DNA of 64,000 bases from Thermoplasmata archaeon (GTDB taxonomy: Archaea; Thermoplasmatota; Thermoplasmata; RBG-16-68-12; JAFNFQ01), in assembly GCA_041489255.1 (NCBI GenBank), contig JBGPQV010000001.1, forward strand, positions 192,001 to 256,000. Direction: 5' to 3'. Under the pieces are notes generated by a model. It saw nothing but the letters and a program-made list of their open reading frames with translations, searched no databases and had not been told where the DNA came from. A program made the translations under genes and the position numbers. Every line of letters begins with the position of its first letter. Positions within the stretch are counted from its first letter, which is position 1. Below are positions 39,098 to 47,890 of the stretch, one piece after another.

Positions 39098-39580
39098 ATG
39101 GTAGCGGAATTCACCCTTGGACTCGTGTTCCTAGTCATCGGAGTGATAATGCTCGTTATTGAGGCGGCCTCTCCCGGCTTCTTCATGGCGGTCCCGGCCA
39201 CGGTGCTAATCGTCATTGGTCTGCTCGGCATGTTTGTGGAAGGTTTCCTGTTCTCGGTCTGGAGCCCAATACTGGCCATGCTCATCGGCATCCCGATAAC
39301 GCTCTTCACGATGTGGTTCTACTCGCGGTTCTCCCCGCCATCACCGCCGACGACCACGGTCGGAGAGAGCCTGATTAGCCGCCAGGGTATCGTCACCGCC
39401 TTGGTGAGACCGCATTCCTTGAGGGGCAAGGTGAGGATCGAGAACGAGAGCTGGAGCGCGACCTCCGACGAAATCATACCCGTGGGGGAGCGGGTCTTGG
39501 TGATCGGGAGCGAGGGTGTGCATGTCATCGTCCGGCGGCTGACAACCCCGGACACAGGGAAAGGAGGAGGGTCGAAATGA
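39098..39580 (+). CDS. NfeD-family membrane protein
   Basis: N-terminal TMs plus C-terminal OB fold (GKVRIENESWSA); paired with an SPFH gene. Confidence 0.88.
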   Translation: MVAEFTLGLVFLVIGVIMLVIEAASPGFFMAVPATVLIVIGLLGMFVEGFLFSVWSPILAMLIGIPITLFTMWFYSRFSPPSPPTTTVGESLISRQGIVTALVRPHSLRGKVRIENESWSATSDEIIPVGERVLVIGSEGVHVIVRRLTTPDTGKGGGSK

Positions 39581-40824
39581 AGGAAAACGATGTGAGGTCG
39601 GGCAAGAGGGAGATTGGCGCAACGATCATGCTCGGAACTCTCGGTCTGATGTCGCTGGACATGTTCGGGCTGACGGCGCAGGTGGAAATCGGGATCGTGG
39701 TCGGGCTGTTCATCCTGATCCTGATCGCCGTCATGATACTGCTGGCGAGCTCGATGAAGATAGTCCAGCCGTATCAGCAGGGACTGCTCATAGTCCTGGG
39801 GAGCTTCCGCAGGGTGCTCAATCCCGGCATGAACTTCGTCCCGCCGATGATTTCCGAGGTGAGGAGAATAGACCTGAGGACGCAGGTGCTCGATGTTCCC
39901 CGCCAGGAAGTCATCACCAAGGATAACTCGCCGACGAACGTCGACGCGGTCATCTACATCAAGGTCATAGACCCCAAGAAGTCGTTCTTCGAAGTCACGG
40001 ACTACCATATCGCAACTTTAGCACTCGCGCAGACCACGCTCAGGTCGATCATCGGTGACATGGAGCTGGACGAGGTTCTGTACAACCGAGACAGGATCAA
40101 CCTGAGGCTCAGGGACGTGCTCGACGAGGCGACTGATAAATGGGGCGTGAAGGTGGACGCCGTCGAGATAAGGGAAGTCGACCCGGTGGGCCCGGTCAAG
40201 GCCGCGATGGAGGAGCAGACATCTGCAGAGAGGCAGAGGAGAGCAGCGATCCTCCGAGCTGACGGTGAGAAGAGGTCTGCCATACTCGTGGCGGAAGGGC
40301 AGAAGAGATCCCGCATCTTGCAGGCCGAGGGTCTTCGGCAGGCGAAGATACTCGAGTCCGACGGACAGAGGCTTTCGATCATCCTGGAAGGGCAAGGAGA
40401 GGCGCAGAAGCTGCGCATACTCGCGCTTGGCGCGGCTGCTCTCGACACGAAGGCGCTCTCGGTCCTGAGCATGGACACCGTGAAGGAAATGTCCCGTGGG
40501 CAGGCGACCAAGATAATCTTCCCGTTCGAAATCAGCAAGATGATCGAGGGCATCAGCTCCTATCTCGGCGCAGCGACGGCGAGAGTCCCGGAAAGGGGGA
40601 TATCGGATCTCCCTTCATTGGAGAAGGCCCTGGGCAGGATTGACCAGGTTCTCGGCCCCTTGCCGAACCCCGAGGAGATCAGGGAGGAGATGAGATACAT
40701 CAAGGAGGAGATGAGGGGGATATCGCCTTCCACCGGGGCCAGCATGCCCGAAGAGGTCAAGAAGCGCAAGACCGTCGAAGAGATCTTGAAAGAAGAGGAA
40801 GACGAGGCGATAAAGGGCAGGTAG
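39577..40824 (+). CDS. SPFH/stomatin-like (QmcA-type) protein
   Basis: IDLRTQVLDVPRQEVITKDN, QTTLRSIIG and AERQRRAAILRADG motifs. Confidence 0.92.
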   Translation: MKENDVRSGKREIGATIMLGTLGLMSLDMFGLTAQVEIGIVVGLFILILIAVMILLASSMKIVQPYQQGLLIVLGSFRRVLNPGMNFVPPMISEVRRIDLRTQVLDVPRQEVITKDNSPTNVDAVIYIKVIDPKKSFFEVTDYHIATLALAQTTLRSIIGDMELDEVLYNRDRINLRLRDVLDEATDKWGVKVDAVEIREVDPVGPVKAAMEEQTSAERQRRAAILRADGEKRSAILVAEGQKRSRILQAEGLRQAKILESDGQRLSIILEGQGEAQKLRILALGAAALDTKALSVLSMDTVKEMSRGQATKIIFPFEISKMIEGISSYLGAATARVPERGISDLPSLEKALGRIDQVLGPLPNPEEIREEMRYIKEEMRGISPSTGASMPEEVKKRKTVEEILKEEEDEAIKGR

Positions 40825-40907
40825 CTGGCAAGCGATCGGCTCTTGGCAATCAGTTTCACCTCTCCCTCGGGCGAGGCTAATACCAGCCTTGGAGTTCATG
40901 GGCTCGG

Positions 40908-41372
40908 ATGTACTGGACAGAGGAGCTCATGTGCCGCCCCGTCTTGGCGCACTTCCGGTCCTTGGGCTACCGTGTCTACCGCGAGGCGAAGGTTGCGGGA
41001 AGGTGGGTGGACATCCTCGCGGTGGGCAAGGAGATCGTGGCGGTGGAACTCAAGATTCGAAACTGGCGGGAGGCCCTCAAGCAGGCGATGTCCTACCAGC
41101 TCGGCGCGCACTACGCGCTCGTCGCCATGCCCCTCGACCACGTGTTTCCCGCGATGAGATCCCGGCACCTGTTCGAGCGCGAGGGAGTCGGGCTTATGGC
41201 GGTGAGTTCGGCCGCGGGCGACGTGCGGGTCTTGATCGAACCGGAAGCGTCGCCCAGGCTTCTGCCGTTCGTCCTTGACGGGGTGCTTTCTGGCGGGGAC
41301 GGGAAATCGGGAAAGCCGGTGAGGAGAAGGAAGGTCCCTGTGATCGAGATACCGGGGTTCTCGGCGCCTTAG
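40908..41372 (+). CDS. Putative PD-(D/E)XK nuclease-fold protein
   Basis: E...VDILAV....AVELK......QA..Y motif arrangement. Confidence 0.65.
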   Translation: MYWTEELMCRPVLAHFRSLGYRVYREAKVAGRWVDILAVGKEIVAVELKIRNWREALKQAMSYQLGAHYALVAMPLDHVFPAMRSRHLFEREGVGLMAVSSAAGDVRVLIEPEASPRLLPFVLDGVLSGGDGKSGKPVRRRKVPVIEIPGFSAP

Positions 41373-41454
41373 ATATTCGTCAGCGATTCTGCCGAGACTG
41401 AGCAACTTTATTACCGGTCATCGCGATGCCGTCGCGTCCCCCGGGGGTTCTGTT

Positions 41455-42792
41455 ATGGCTGATGACAGTCCAACAAACAGAGTGCTTGAGGCCGTTAAGA
41501 AGGAGAAGGTCAACTTCGTCCAGATGCAGTTCATGGATTTGCTGGGATTCGTCAAGACGGTCACAATCCCCACGACCAAGATCGAGAGTGCCATGGAGAA
41601 TGGCGTAGTTTTCGATGGCTCCTCTGTCACCGGCTACGCTGAAATAGAGGAGAGCGACATGCGCGTGCGGCCGGACCCCACGACGTTCAAAATCTATCCG
41701 TGGATATCCGGCGACCTCAAGACGGCCGCGATGGTCTGCAACGTGTACGACTCGAGCGGCAAGAGGTTCAGCGGCGACCCCCGGTACATCCTCGAACAGA
41801 CCATGAAGAAGGCGAGGGAACTGGGATACATCTGCTACACCGGTCCCGAGTACGAGTTCTTCCTCTTCAAGATGGACGGCGGGGGCCAGGTGACGAGCAT
41901 CCCCTGCGATTCGGGTCGATACTTCGAGCAGCTGCCCCTGGACAAGGGCGAGGTCGTGAGGAAGAAGACGATCCTGTACTTCAACGAGATGGGGTTCGAT
42001 GCGGAGGCAGGGCATCACGAGGTAGCGCCGGGCCAGCACGAGATAGACCTGCGGTACACCGATGCGTTATCCTCGGCGGACAGGGTGCTGACCCTGAAAC
42101 ACGCCATCAAGACGGTGGCGCTGGAGCAGGGTCTGCACGCGAGCTTCATGCCGAAGCCGATATTCGGGGTGAACGGCAGCGGGATGCACGTGCATCAGAG
42201 CCTCATGACGCCTGAGGGCGAGAACATATTCTACGAGCCTACGGCGAAGTGGGAGCTCAGCGACAAGTGCATGTGGTACATCGGGGGCCTGCTGATGTTC
42301 GCAAGGGAGAACTGTGCCGTGCTCGCCTCCTGGGTGAACAGTTACAAGCGACTGGTGCCCGGGTACGAGGCGCCGGTCTACATCAGCTGGGCGAACAAGA
42401 ACAGGTCGGCGCTGATACGAGTCCCGGCGGGCAGAGGGATGAGCACCCGCCTGGAGGTGAGGAATCCCGATCCCAGCGGCAACCCTTACCTGCAGTATGC
42501 GGTGATGCTCGCGGCGGGGTTGAGGGGGATGTACAAGCAGGTAGAGCCGCCGAGCCCGGTGGAGACCAACATCTACGCCCTCGGGGCTCTTGAAAGGAAG
42601 AAACTCTCCATAGGCAGCCTTCCCGCCGACTTGGAGGAGGCGCTGGACGAGCTGGAGAAGAGCGACCTGATGCGGGAGACGCTGGGGGCGCACGTCTGGA
42701 CCAACTACCTGTATCTCAAGAGGCAGGAGTGCGAGGAGTACAGGACGCAGGTGACGGACTGGGAGCTGAAGAAGTACCTGGCGGTCCTCTGA
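41455..42792 (+). CDS. glnA: Glutamine synthetase type I
   Basis: FDGSS, EYEFF, HHEVAPGQHEI, FMPKP..NGSGMH, NSYKRLVPGYEAP and NRSALIR motifs. Confidence 0.96.
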   Translation: MADDSPTNRVLEAVKKEKVNFVQMQFMDLLGFVKTVTIPTTKIESAMENGVVFDGSSVTGYAEIEESDMRVRPDPTTFKIYPWISGDLKTAAMVCNVYDSSGKRFSGDPRYILEQTMKKARELGYICYTGPEYEFFLFKMDGGGQVTSIPCDSGRYFEQLPLDKGEVVRKKTILYFNEMGFDAEAGHHEVAPGQHEIDLRYTDALSSADRVLTLKHAIKTVALEQGLHASFMPKPIFGVNGSGMHVHQSLMTPEGENIFYEPTAKWELSDKCMWYIGGLLMFARENCAVLASWVNSYKRLVPGYEAPVYISWANKNRSALIRVPAGRGMSTRLEVRNPDPSGNPYLQYAVMLAAGLRGMYKQVEPPSPVETNIYALGALERKKLSIGSLPADLEEALDELEKSDLMRETLGAHVWTNYLYLKRQECEEYRTQVTDWELKKYLAVL

Positions 42793-42798
42793 GGAATC

Positions 42799-43332
42799 TC
42801 AGTACATAGGGATCTTGCCGCTCCCCAGGATGTCGAAGTGGTACCTCAGGCCGTACACGGTGTACTGCATGGGCGGGACAGGACCCGTGTGAACGGTGGT
42901 AGTCGTCTTGTCATACGCCGTGATTGTCGAACTCTTGACCAAGAGTCGCCCATCAGCATAAACGAGTATCCCGTACTGCCCGTCAATGGTCGAATTGATC
43001 ATCAACGTCACATTGTCAAGGGCGAGACTGCCGCCACCCTGGACCGTTAGGTTGCCCTTCAGGACGATGGTCTCGTTGGACCTCTGCTCCACCTGGCCCG
43101 GACCAATCGTCCAATCCGAATCCATCTCGACGGACGGGTTCGCATCCGAGCGTGAATCGAGCTTCGCGGCATGAGGATGACCTGCCGCGGAGCGATTCAA
43201 TTGCGTGCCGCCTGCGCCCAAGTCAAGAATCGAAGCGAACCCTAGGAGAACAAGCATTCCAATGAGGACTGCGCTCGATGCTCGTCTCCGCCCATGCCCG
43301 GTTGACCTCCACTTGATCAATCTAGGTCCCAT
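42799..43332 (-). pseudogene. N-terminal part (signal peptide plus first beta-helix turns) of a surface glycoprotein, ending in a foreign GKIPMY tail
   Basis: Basic n-region plus hydrophobic h-region; NETIVLKGNLTVQGGGSLALDNVTL repeats; ends abruptly at ..FDILGS|GKIPMY*. Confidence 0.75.
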
Positions 43333-43896
43333 ACCCCATTGGCCGCGACGAGTATTTATGCTGTGTTGAGCGGCGTTGTAATCCTTCTTATATCTAACGG
43401 AGCGGCCCATCGGGCTACCTCTGGGCTGGCTGGTGCGTGTGCATCACTTCTCCGCCGCAGCGCGTGTCAATCTTCTCACTCAGGGCGTCACGATTATCGT
43501 GTAGAAGTACACATAGCCGTCGTCGCATCCGGCGGCAATCTGCGGCTGTATTCGTGCGATATCGCGACGACTTGCACAATGCCTCCGGTCCTGTCCCTGC
43601 TGACGCTGGAATCCCCCTCCCTGAATGGCGAAACGTAGTAGTCATAGCCTCCCGCGACGCTGAAGCACGAGGTCCCCGACGGGCAATCCGCCACAGACAT
43701 GTCCACGGACAAGCTGAAAGAGCTCATGGTCCATTGACTGCTGGGGCTGTCGTCGCAGACGATGTACTGTTCAGCTTAGCTATCGCTGCCTTGGCTCCTG
43801 CCCACCAGCGACCTGACTGAAATCTGCGTGGCGTTCTGTTTTTACGCGTTCGTGACGCCGAATCCGGTTGCACCACTGTTGTCTAGCCCTTCGATT

Positions 43897-44006
43897 CGAG
43901 CGTTTGACGAAGATGGTACGAGCGTGGTACGAGCGTGGTACGAGCGTGGTACGAGCGTGGAACGAACATGGTACGAACAACTGACGAACAAAGGTCGAAC
44001 AAGCGC
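43897..44006. repeat. Tandem array of ten 11-bp units (consensus CGAGCGTGGTA grading to CGAACA-)
   Basis: CGA recurs exactly every 11 bp from 43897 to 43996; three identical CGAGCGTGGTA units at 43919-43951. Confidence 0.9.
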
Positions 44007-44093
44007 CCATACGAACAGGGCGTTTCCCTCCATGGGCGGCACCTCGCCCAAAAAGCCTTTAGCGCGACTGCGGATGCAAGCGCGGGTATTCAG

Positions 44094-45131
44094 ATGAAGG
44101 CTGTCGTTTTCCACAGGCATGGCGGGCCTGAGGTCCTCCAGTATGAAGAAGCCCCAGACCCCAAGGTCGGTCCGAAGGACGTCCTCGTCCGCGTCAAGGC
44201 GGCGAGCTGCAACCACAACGACATCTGGGCGAGGAAGGGACTTCCGGGAATGAAGTTCGACCTCCCGCACATCTCAGGCAGCGACGTCTCCGGCGAGGTC
44301 ATCGAGGTCGGGAGTGCCGCGACCGGCATCCAGGTCGGCCAGAAGGTCCTCTCTCATCCCGTGCTCAGCTGCCGCACATGCGAGTGGTGCACGTCCGGAC
44401 AGGAGTATTTCTGCCGCCAGCTCAAGATCTGGGGCTTCCAGACCGAACCCTACGATGGCGGGTATGCGGAGCTTGCGAGGCTACCCGAGGTGAACGTCAT
44501 CCCGGTACCGCCAAACCTCAGCTGGGAAGAGGCCGCCGCGATACCGCTAGTCCTGCTCACCGCCTATCACATGCTCGTCACGAGAGCGCAGCTGAAGGCG
44601 GGAGAGGACCTGCTCCTTTGGGGATCCTCAAGCGGCATAGGCCACGTCGGCATCCAGGTAGCGAAGATCATCGGCGCTCGAGTGATCGCGGTGGCGGGAA
44701 CTGACGAGAAGTGCAGCAAGGCGAAGGCACTCGGAGCGGACGAAGTGATCAACTACAACACGCAGGATGTCGCGGCTGAAGTGAAGAAGCTCACGAACAA
44801 GAAAGGCGTGGAGGTCGTCTTCGAGCACACCGGCCAAGCGACCTGGGAGAGGTCGATAGCCTCCATGGCCTGGGGCGGTCGCCTGGTGATCTGCGGCAAC
44901 ACCACCGGCTTCGAGGCGAAGACAGACCTGCGCTTCCTCTTCAACAAGCAACTGTCCCTTCTCGGCTCTCACGAGGGCAACAAGGCGGAGATGATCAGGG
45001 GTTTGAAATGGGTCGAGGCCGGGAAGGTCAAGCCCGTCATAGACAAGACGTTCGCCCTGAAAGATGCGGCGAGAGCTCAAGAGGCCATGGAAAAAGGACA
45101 GCACTTCGGGAAGATCGTGCTCAAGCCGTAG
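44094..45131 (+). CDS. Zinc-binding alcohol dehydrogenase / quinone oxidoreductase (MDR family)
   Basis: MKAVVFHRHGGPEVL, CRTCEWC..C structural Zn site and GKIVL motifs. Confidence 0.92.
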   Translation: MKAVVFHRHGGPEVLQYEEAPDPKVGPKDVLVRVKAASCNHNDIWARKGLPGMKFDLPHISGSDVSGEVIEVGSAATGIQVGQKVLSHPVLSCRTCEWCTSGQEYFCRQLKIWGFQTEPYDGGYAELARLPEVNVIPVPPNLSWEEAAAIPLVLLTAYHMLVTRAQLKAGEDLLLWGSSSGIGHVGIQVAKIIGARVIAVAGTDEKCSKAKALGADEVINYNTQDVAAEVKKLTNKKGVEVVFEHTGQATWERSIASMAWGGRLVICGNTTGFEAKTDLRFLFNKQLSLLGSHEGNKAEMIRGLKWVEAGKVKPVIDKTFALKDAARAQEAMEKGQHFGKIVLKP

Positions 45132-45369
45132 ACCTGAGCGCCTTCTTCACCGCCGCCTGCAGCACCTCGTAGTCCGGGAACCTTCTCGCCTTCGTGCTCG
45201 AGTAGACCAGCTTCCCGCCGACCTTGATGTCGTAGACGCCCTGGTCGCCCGGTACCAGTTTCACCGCCGTGATATCCTCGCCGAACTCGGTAAGGAGCTG
45301 CTCGGTGTGCTTCATCGCGAGGGGCAGGTACTTGCAGGGGACGCAGTATTTTATCTCGACCGTGACCAT
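45121..45369 (-). CDS. Rdx (SelT/SelW/SelH-like) family protein, Cys form
   Basis: EIKYCVPC, G.YDIKV.G..VYS and RFP motifs. Confidence 0.8.
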   Translation of the reverse strand: MVTVEIKYCVPCKYLPLAMKHTEQLLTEFGEDITAVKLVPGDQGVYDIKVGGKLVYSSTKARRFPDYEVLQAAVKKALRSTA

Positions 45370-45485
45370 TTCTCTTGCCTTATATTATCAAACCTCTCTG
45401 GACTAGTTAAAGTTGTCCCGCCCATGGAAGATGAATGAGCCTCATTTTCAAAAGCCATTAAGAGGATGATTGCCCTCTTCTTGCC

Positions 45486-46094
45486 GTGTTCGACTGGCGG
45501 CGGGCGGGCAGCTGGTGCGGGCTCGCGGGATCATCGATATTTCTCGTGGCCTGGGCCACGGCGATTGCGGCGACCCCCCGCTACAGCTTCGGAGGTCAGT
45601 GGGTCAGCGATCTCGGCGTTGGGGCGGGTGCCTCGTTCTTCAACGCCGGTGCGATCATGGCGGGAATGCTCTCAATCCCGTTTGCGGTCACATTGGCGCT
45701 CGTTCTCCGTCCTTCTCGCCTCGGGATTGCAGGCTCGATGTTCCTAGCTCTGGCGGGAGTCTTCCTCATGGGAGTCGGCGTTTTCACCGAGAACGCGGGC
45801 GAGACGCATTGGATCGTCTCGATATCATTCTTCTCTCTCATGCTGATATCGATGACCCTGCTGTCATACCCGCTGTTCCGCTCCGCCACCATGGGTCCGT
45901 GGAGCGGCCAGTTCACCGCCACGATCATGATGATTGGCATCGGCTTCGTGGCTCTCTACGGAATGGAATCCCTTGCGGAAACGGTCGCCGTCCTGCTCAT
46001 CGCCATCTGGTCGCTGGCGATCGCGTGGAAGCTCCGCTGGTACCTATGTGTCGTCTTCCCGCAAGGGGCTCCTGGCGGGCGCTCCATGCGTTGA
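45486..46094 (+). CDS. DUF998-like membrane protein
   Basis: WVSDLG, FN.G.I, GVGVFTE and H motifs; about 6 TMs. Confidence 0.7.
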   Translation: MFDWRRAGSWCGLAGSSIFLVAWATAIAATPRYSFGGQWVSDLGVGAGASFFNAGAIMAGMLSIPFAVTLALVLRPSRLGIAGSMFLALAGVFLMGVGVFTENAGETHWIVSISFFSLMLISMTLLSYPLFRSATMGPWSGQFTATIMMIGIGFVALYGMESLAETVAVLLIAIWSLAIAWKLRWYLCVVFPQGAPGGRSMR

Positions 46095-46108
46095 CTGCTT
46101 CAGCTTGG

Positions 46109-46504
46109 CTACTGCTTCCCGGCGGTCTTCTGGAGATACGCGCCCATCCGCTCGAATTCATTCTTGAAGGTGGCATAGTCGTAGTCCTGCGCGTGGATCA
46201 TCGCGCTCCAGAACGAAGTCCAGCCTGCGAGCGTGGCGACCTCCGCGAGTTCCTTCTCTGTCGCGCCGTTCATCTTGGCCGCCCCCATGTGAAACAGCTG
46301 GCAATAGGGGCACTTGATGTTTGCGGCGACTGCGAGCCCGATCAGCTCCCGGTACTTGGGCGGGATGTCCGATTCCTCGATCGAATACTTCCTGAACAAC
46401 GGCCACTCCGCGACAAGAACGTCCTTGGGCAGGGCTTTCATGAATCCTGGCACAAATCCGAATGTCTTCTTCACGTCATCTAGTGTCTTTTCGTATTGGT
46501 CCAT
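46109..46504 (-). CDS. Carboxymuconolactone decarboxylase/AhpD-family protein
   Basis: FGFVP and RELIGLAVAANIKCPYCQLFH motifs. Confidence 0.88.
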   Translation of the reverse strand: MDQYEKTLDDVKKTFGFVPGFMKALPKDVLVAEWPLFRKYSIEESDIPPKYRELIGLAVAANIKCPYCQLFHMGAAKMNGATEKELAEVATLAGWTSFWSAMIHAQDYDYATFKNEFERMGAYLQKTAGKQ

Positions 46505-46687
46505 GTCATCACTCCCTTGTCTTCAGGGATTTTGGTATACCTAACAAATGGTGCCGTATAAACATTCGCCATATGGCCGCGGCAGTGTCAGCCTCATCCT
46601 GGCTCAGTTCGACCCAGTGCCCAATGGGAGGATTGGTCCTTAACAAGATTGATGTGCCCCTTCGCACATAGCGGTTGGGAGAGCAGA

Positions 46688-46846
46688 ATGGCCTTCTACC
46701 AGACAGGGGAGAGAGTCCGCGCGGGCAGGTTCCGATGCGCGGGATGCGGAGTCGATTTGAAGATTGACAAAGACGGCGAGCGCCTCCCTGAATGCCCGTG
46801 CGGATCGCGCAGCTACGAAGGACACGCGTCCCTGAAGGCCCGATAG
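46688..46846 (+). CDS. Small zinc-ribbon protein
   Basis: YQTGE...G.FRCAGCG....LPECPCG. Confidence 0.65.
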   Translation: MAFYQTGERVRAGRFRCAGCGVDLKIDKDGERLPECPCGSRSYEGHASLKAR

Positions 46847-46848
46847 GA

Positions 46849-47787
46849 TCATTCGAGGTTCTCGACATACCTCTGCGCGTCGACCGCCGCCTGGCAGCCG
46901 TATCCTGCGGCGGTGACCGCCTGCCTGTACCTGTGGTCGTGCACGTCCCCCGCCGTGAACACCCCGGGGACGCTGGTCATCGTGTTCTCCTTCTTGACGA
47001 CGTAGCCCTTTTCATCCATCTCGACATGCCCCTTCAAGAAGGCGGTGTCCGGGTCGTGGCCAATCGACAGGAACACCCCGTCAGCTTTCAACTCGGTCAC
47101 ATTCCCCGTCTTGACGTTCTTCAGTCGGATGCCCTCCACCTTCGTCGAGCCCAGGATCTCCTCGATAACCGTGTCCCACATCCAGTGGATCTTCGGGTTC
47201 TTCATCGCCCTCTTCTGCATGATCGGGCTGGCCCTGAGCTTGTCCCGCCGGTGGATCACGGTCACCTTCATGCACATGTTCGTCAGGTAGATCGAGTCCT
47301 CCATCGCGACATCCCCGCCGCCGATGACGACGACCTCCTTGTCCTTGAACAGGAACCCGTCGCACGTCGCGCAGGCCGAGACGCCCTTGCCCCGCAACCT
47401 CTTCTCGCTCGTAAGCCCGAGCCACTTCGCCTTCGCTCCGGTGGCGACTATGACAGCTTTCCCCTCGTAAGCGGCATCGCCGATGAAGACCTTCAGCGGT
47501 CTGCCTGAAAAGTCGACGGTGGTCACGTTGTCGTCGACGAACTCCGTCCCGAACTTCTCCGCCTGCTTCCTCATGAGGGTCATCAGGTTGGGCCCCATGA
47601 TCCCGTCGGGGAATCCAGGGAAGTTCTCCACCGTGGTCGTGAGCATGAGCTGCCCGCCGGGGAGGCGGTAGCTGTCGTCGACCGTGGGGCCGCCTGCGAT
47701 GCAGAGGACTTTAAGATTCGCTCGGCAGGCATAGATTGCGGCTGTGAGACCTGCGGGACCGGAGCCGATGATGAGGACGTCGTACAT
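46849..47787 (-). CDS. trxB: Thioredoxin reductase
   Basis: IIGSGPAG, ENFPGF, CATCDG, GGGDVA and GDV..YRQAVTAAG motifs. Confidence 0.95.
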   Translation of the reverse strand: MYDVLIIGSGPAGLTAAIYACRANLKVLCIAGGPTVDDSYRLPGGQLMLTTTVENFPGFPDGIMGPNLMTLMRKQAEKFGTEFVDDNVTTVDFSGRPLKVFIGDAAYEGKAVIVATGAKAKWLGLTSEKRLRGKGVSACATCDGFLFKDKEVVVIGGGDVAMEDSIYLTNMCMKVTVIHRRDKLRASPIMQKRAMKNPKIHWMWDTVIEEILGSTKVEGIRLKNVKTGNVTELKADGVFLSIGHDPDTAFLKGHVEMDEKGYVVKKENTMTSVPGVFTAGDVHDHRYRQAVTAAGYGCQAAVDAQRYVENLE

Positions 47788-47890
47788 GTCGCGACTTAGA
47801 GCGCACTCTCCGTCAAAAACCTTCCCCGACAGCCGGGGTCGTTCGAAGAGCATCAGGCTTAAAGCCCCCTGAGAATAATATCCAGCTCAC

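Noticed and set aside
43897-44006. CRISPR array
   Set aside because: Units are 11 bp and contiguous, with no unique spacers and no cas genes
43935-44093. N-terminal extension of the MDR dehydrogenase
   Set aside because: This is translation of the tandem repeat; the family N-terminus begins at MKAVVF (44094)
45121-45369. Selenoprotein (SelW-like)
   Set aside because: The motif is CVPC with Cys codons; no in-frame TGA
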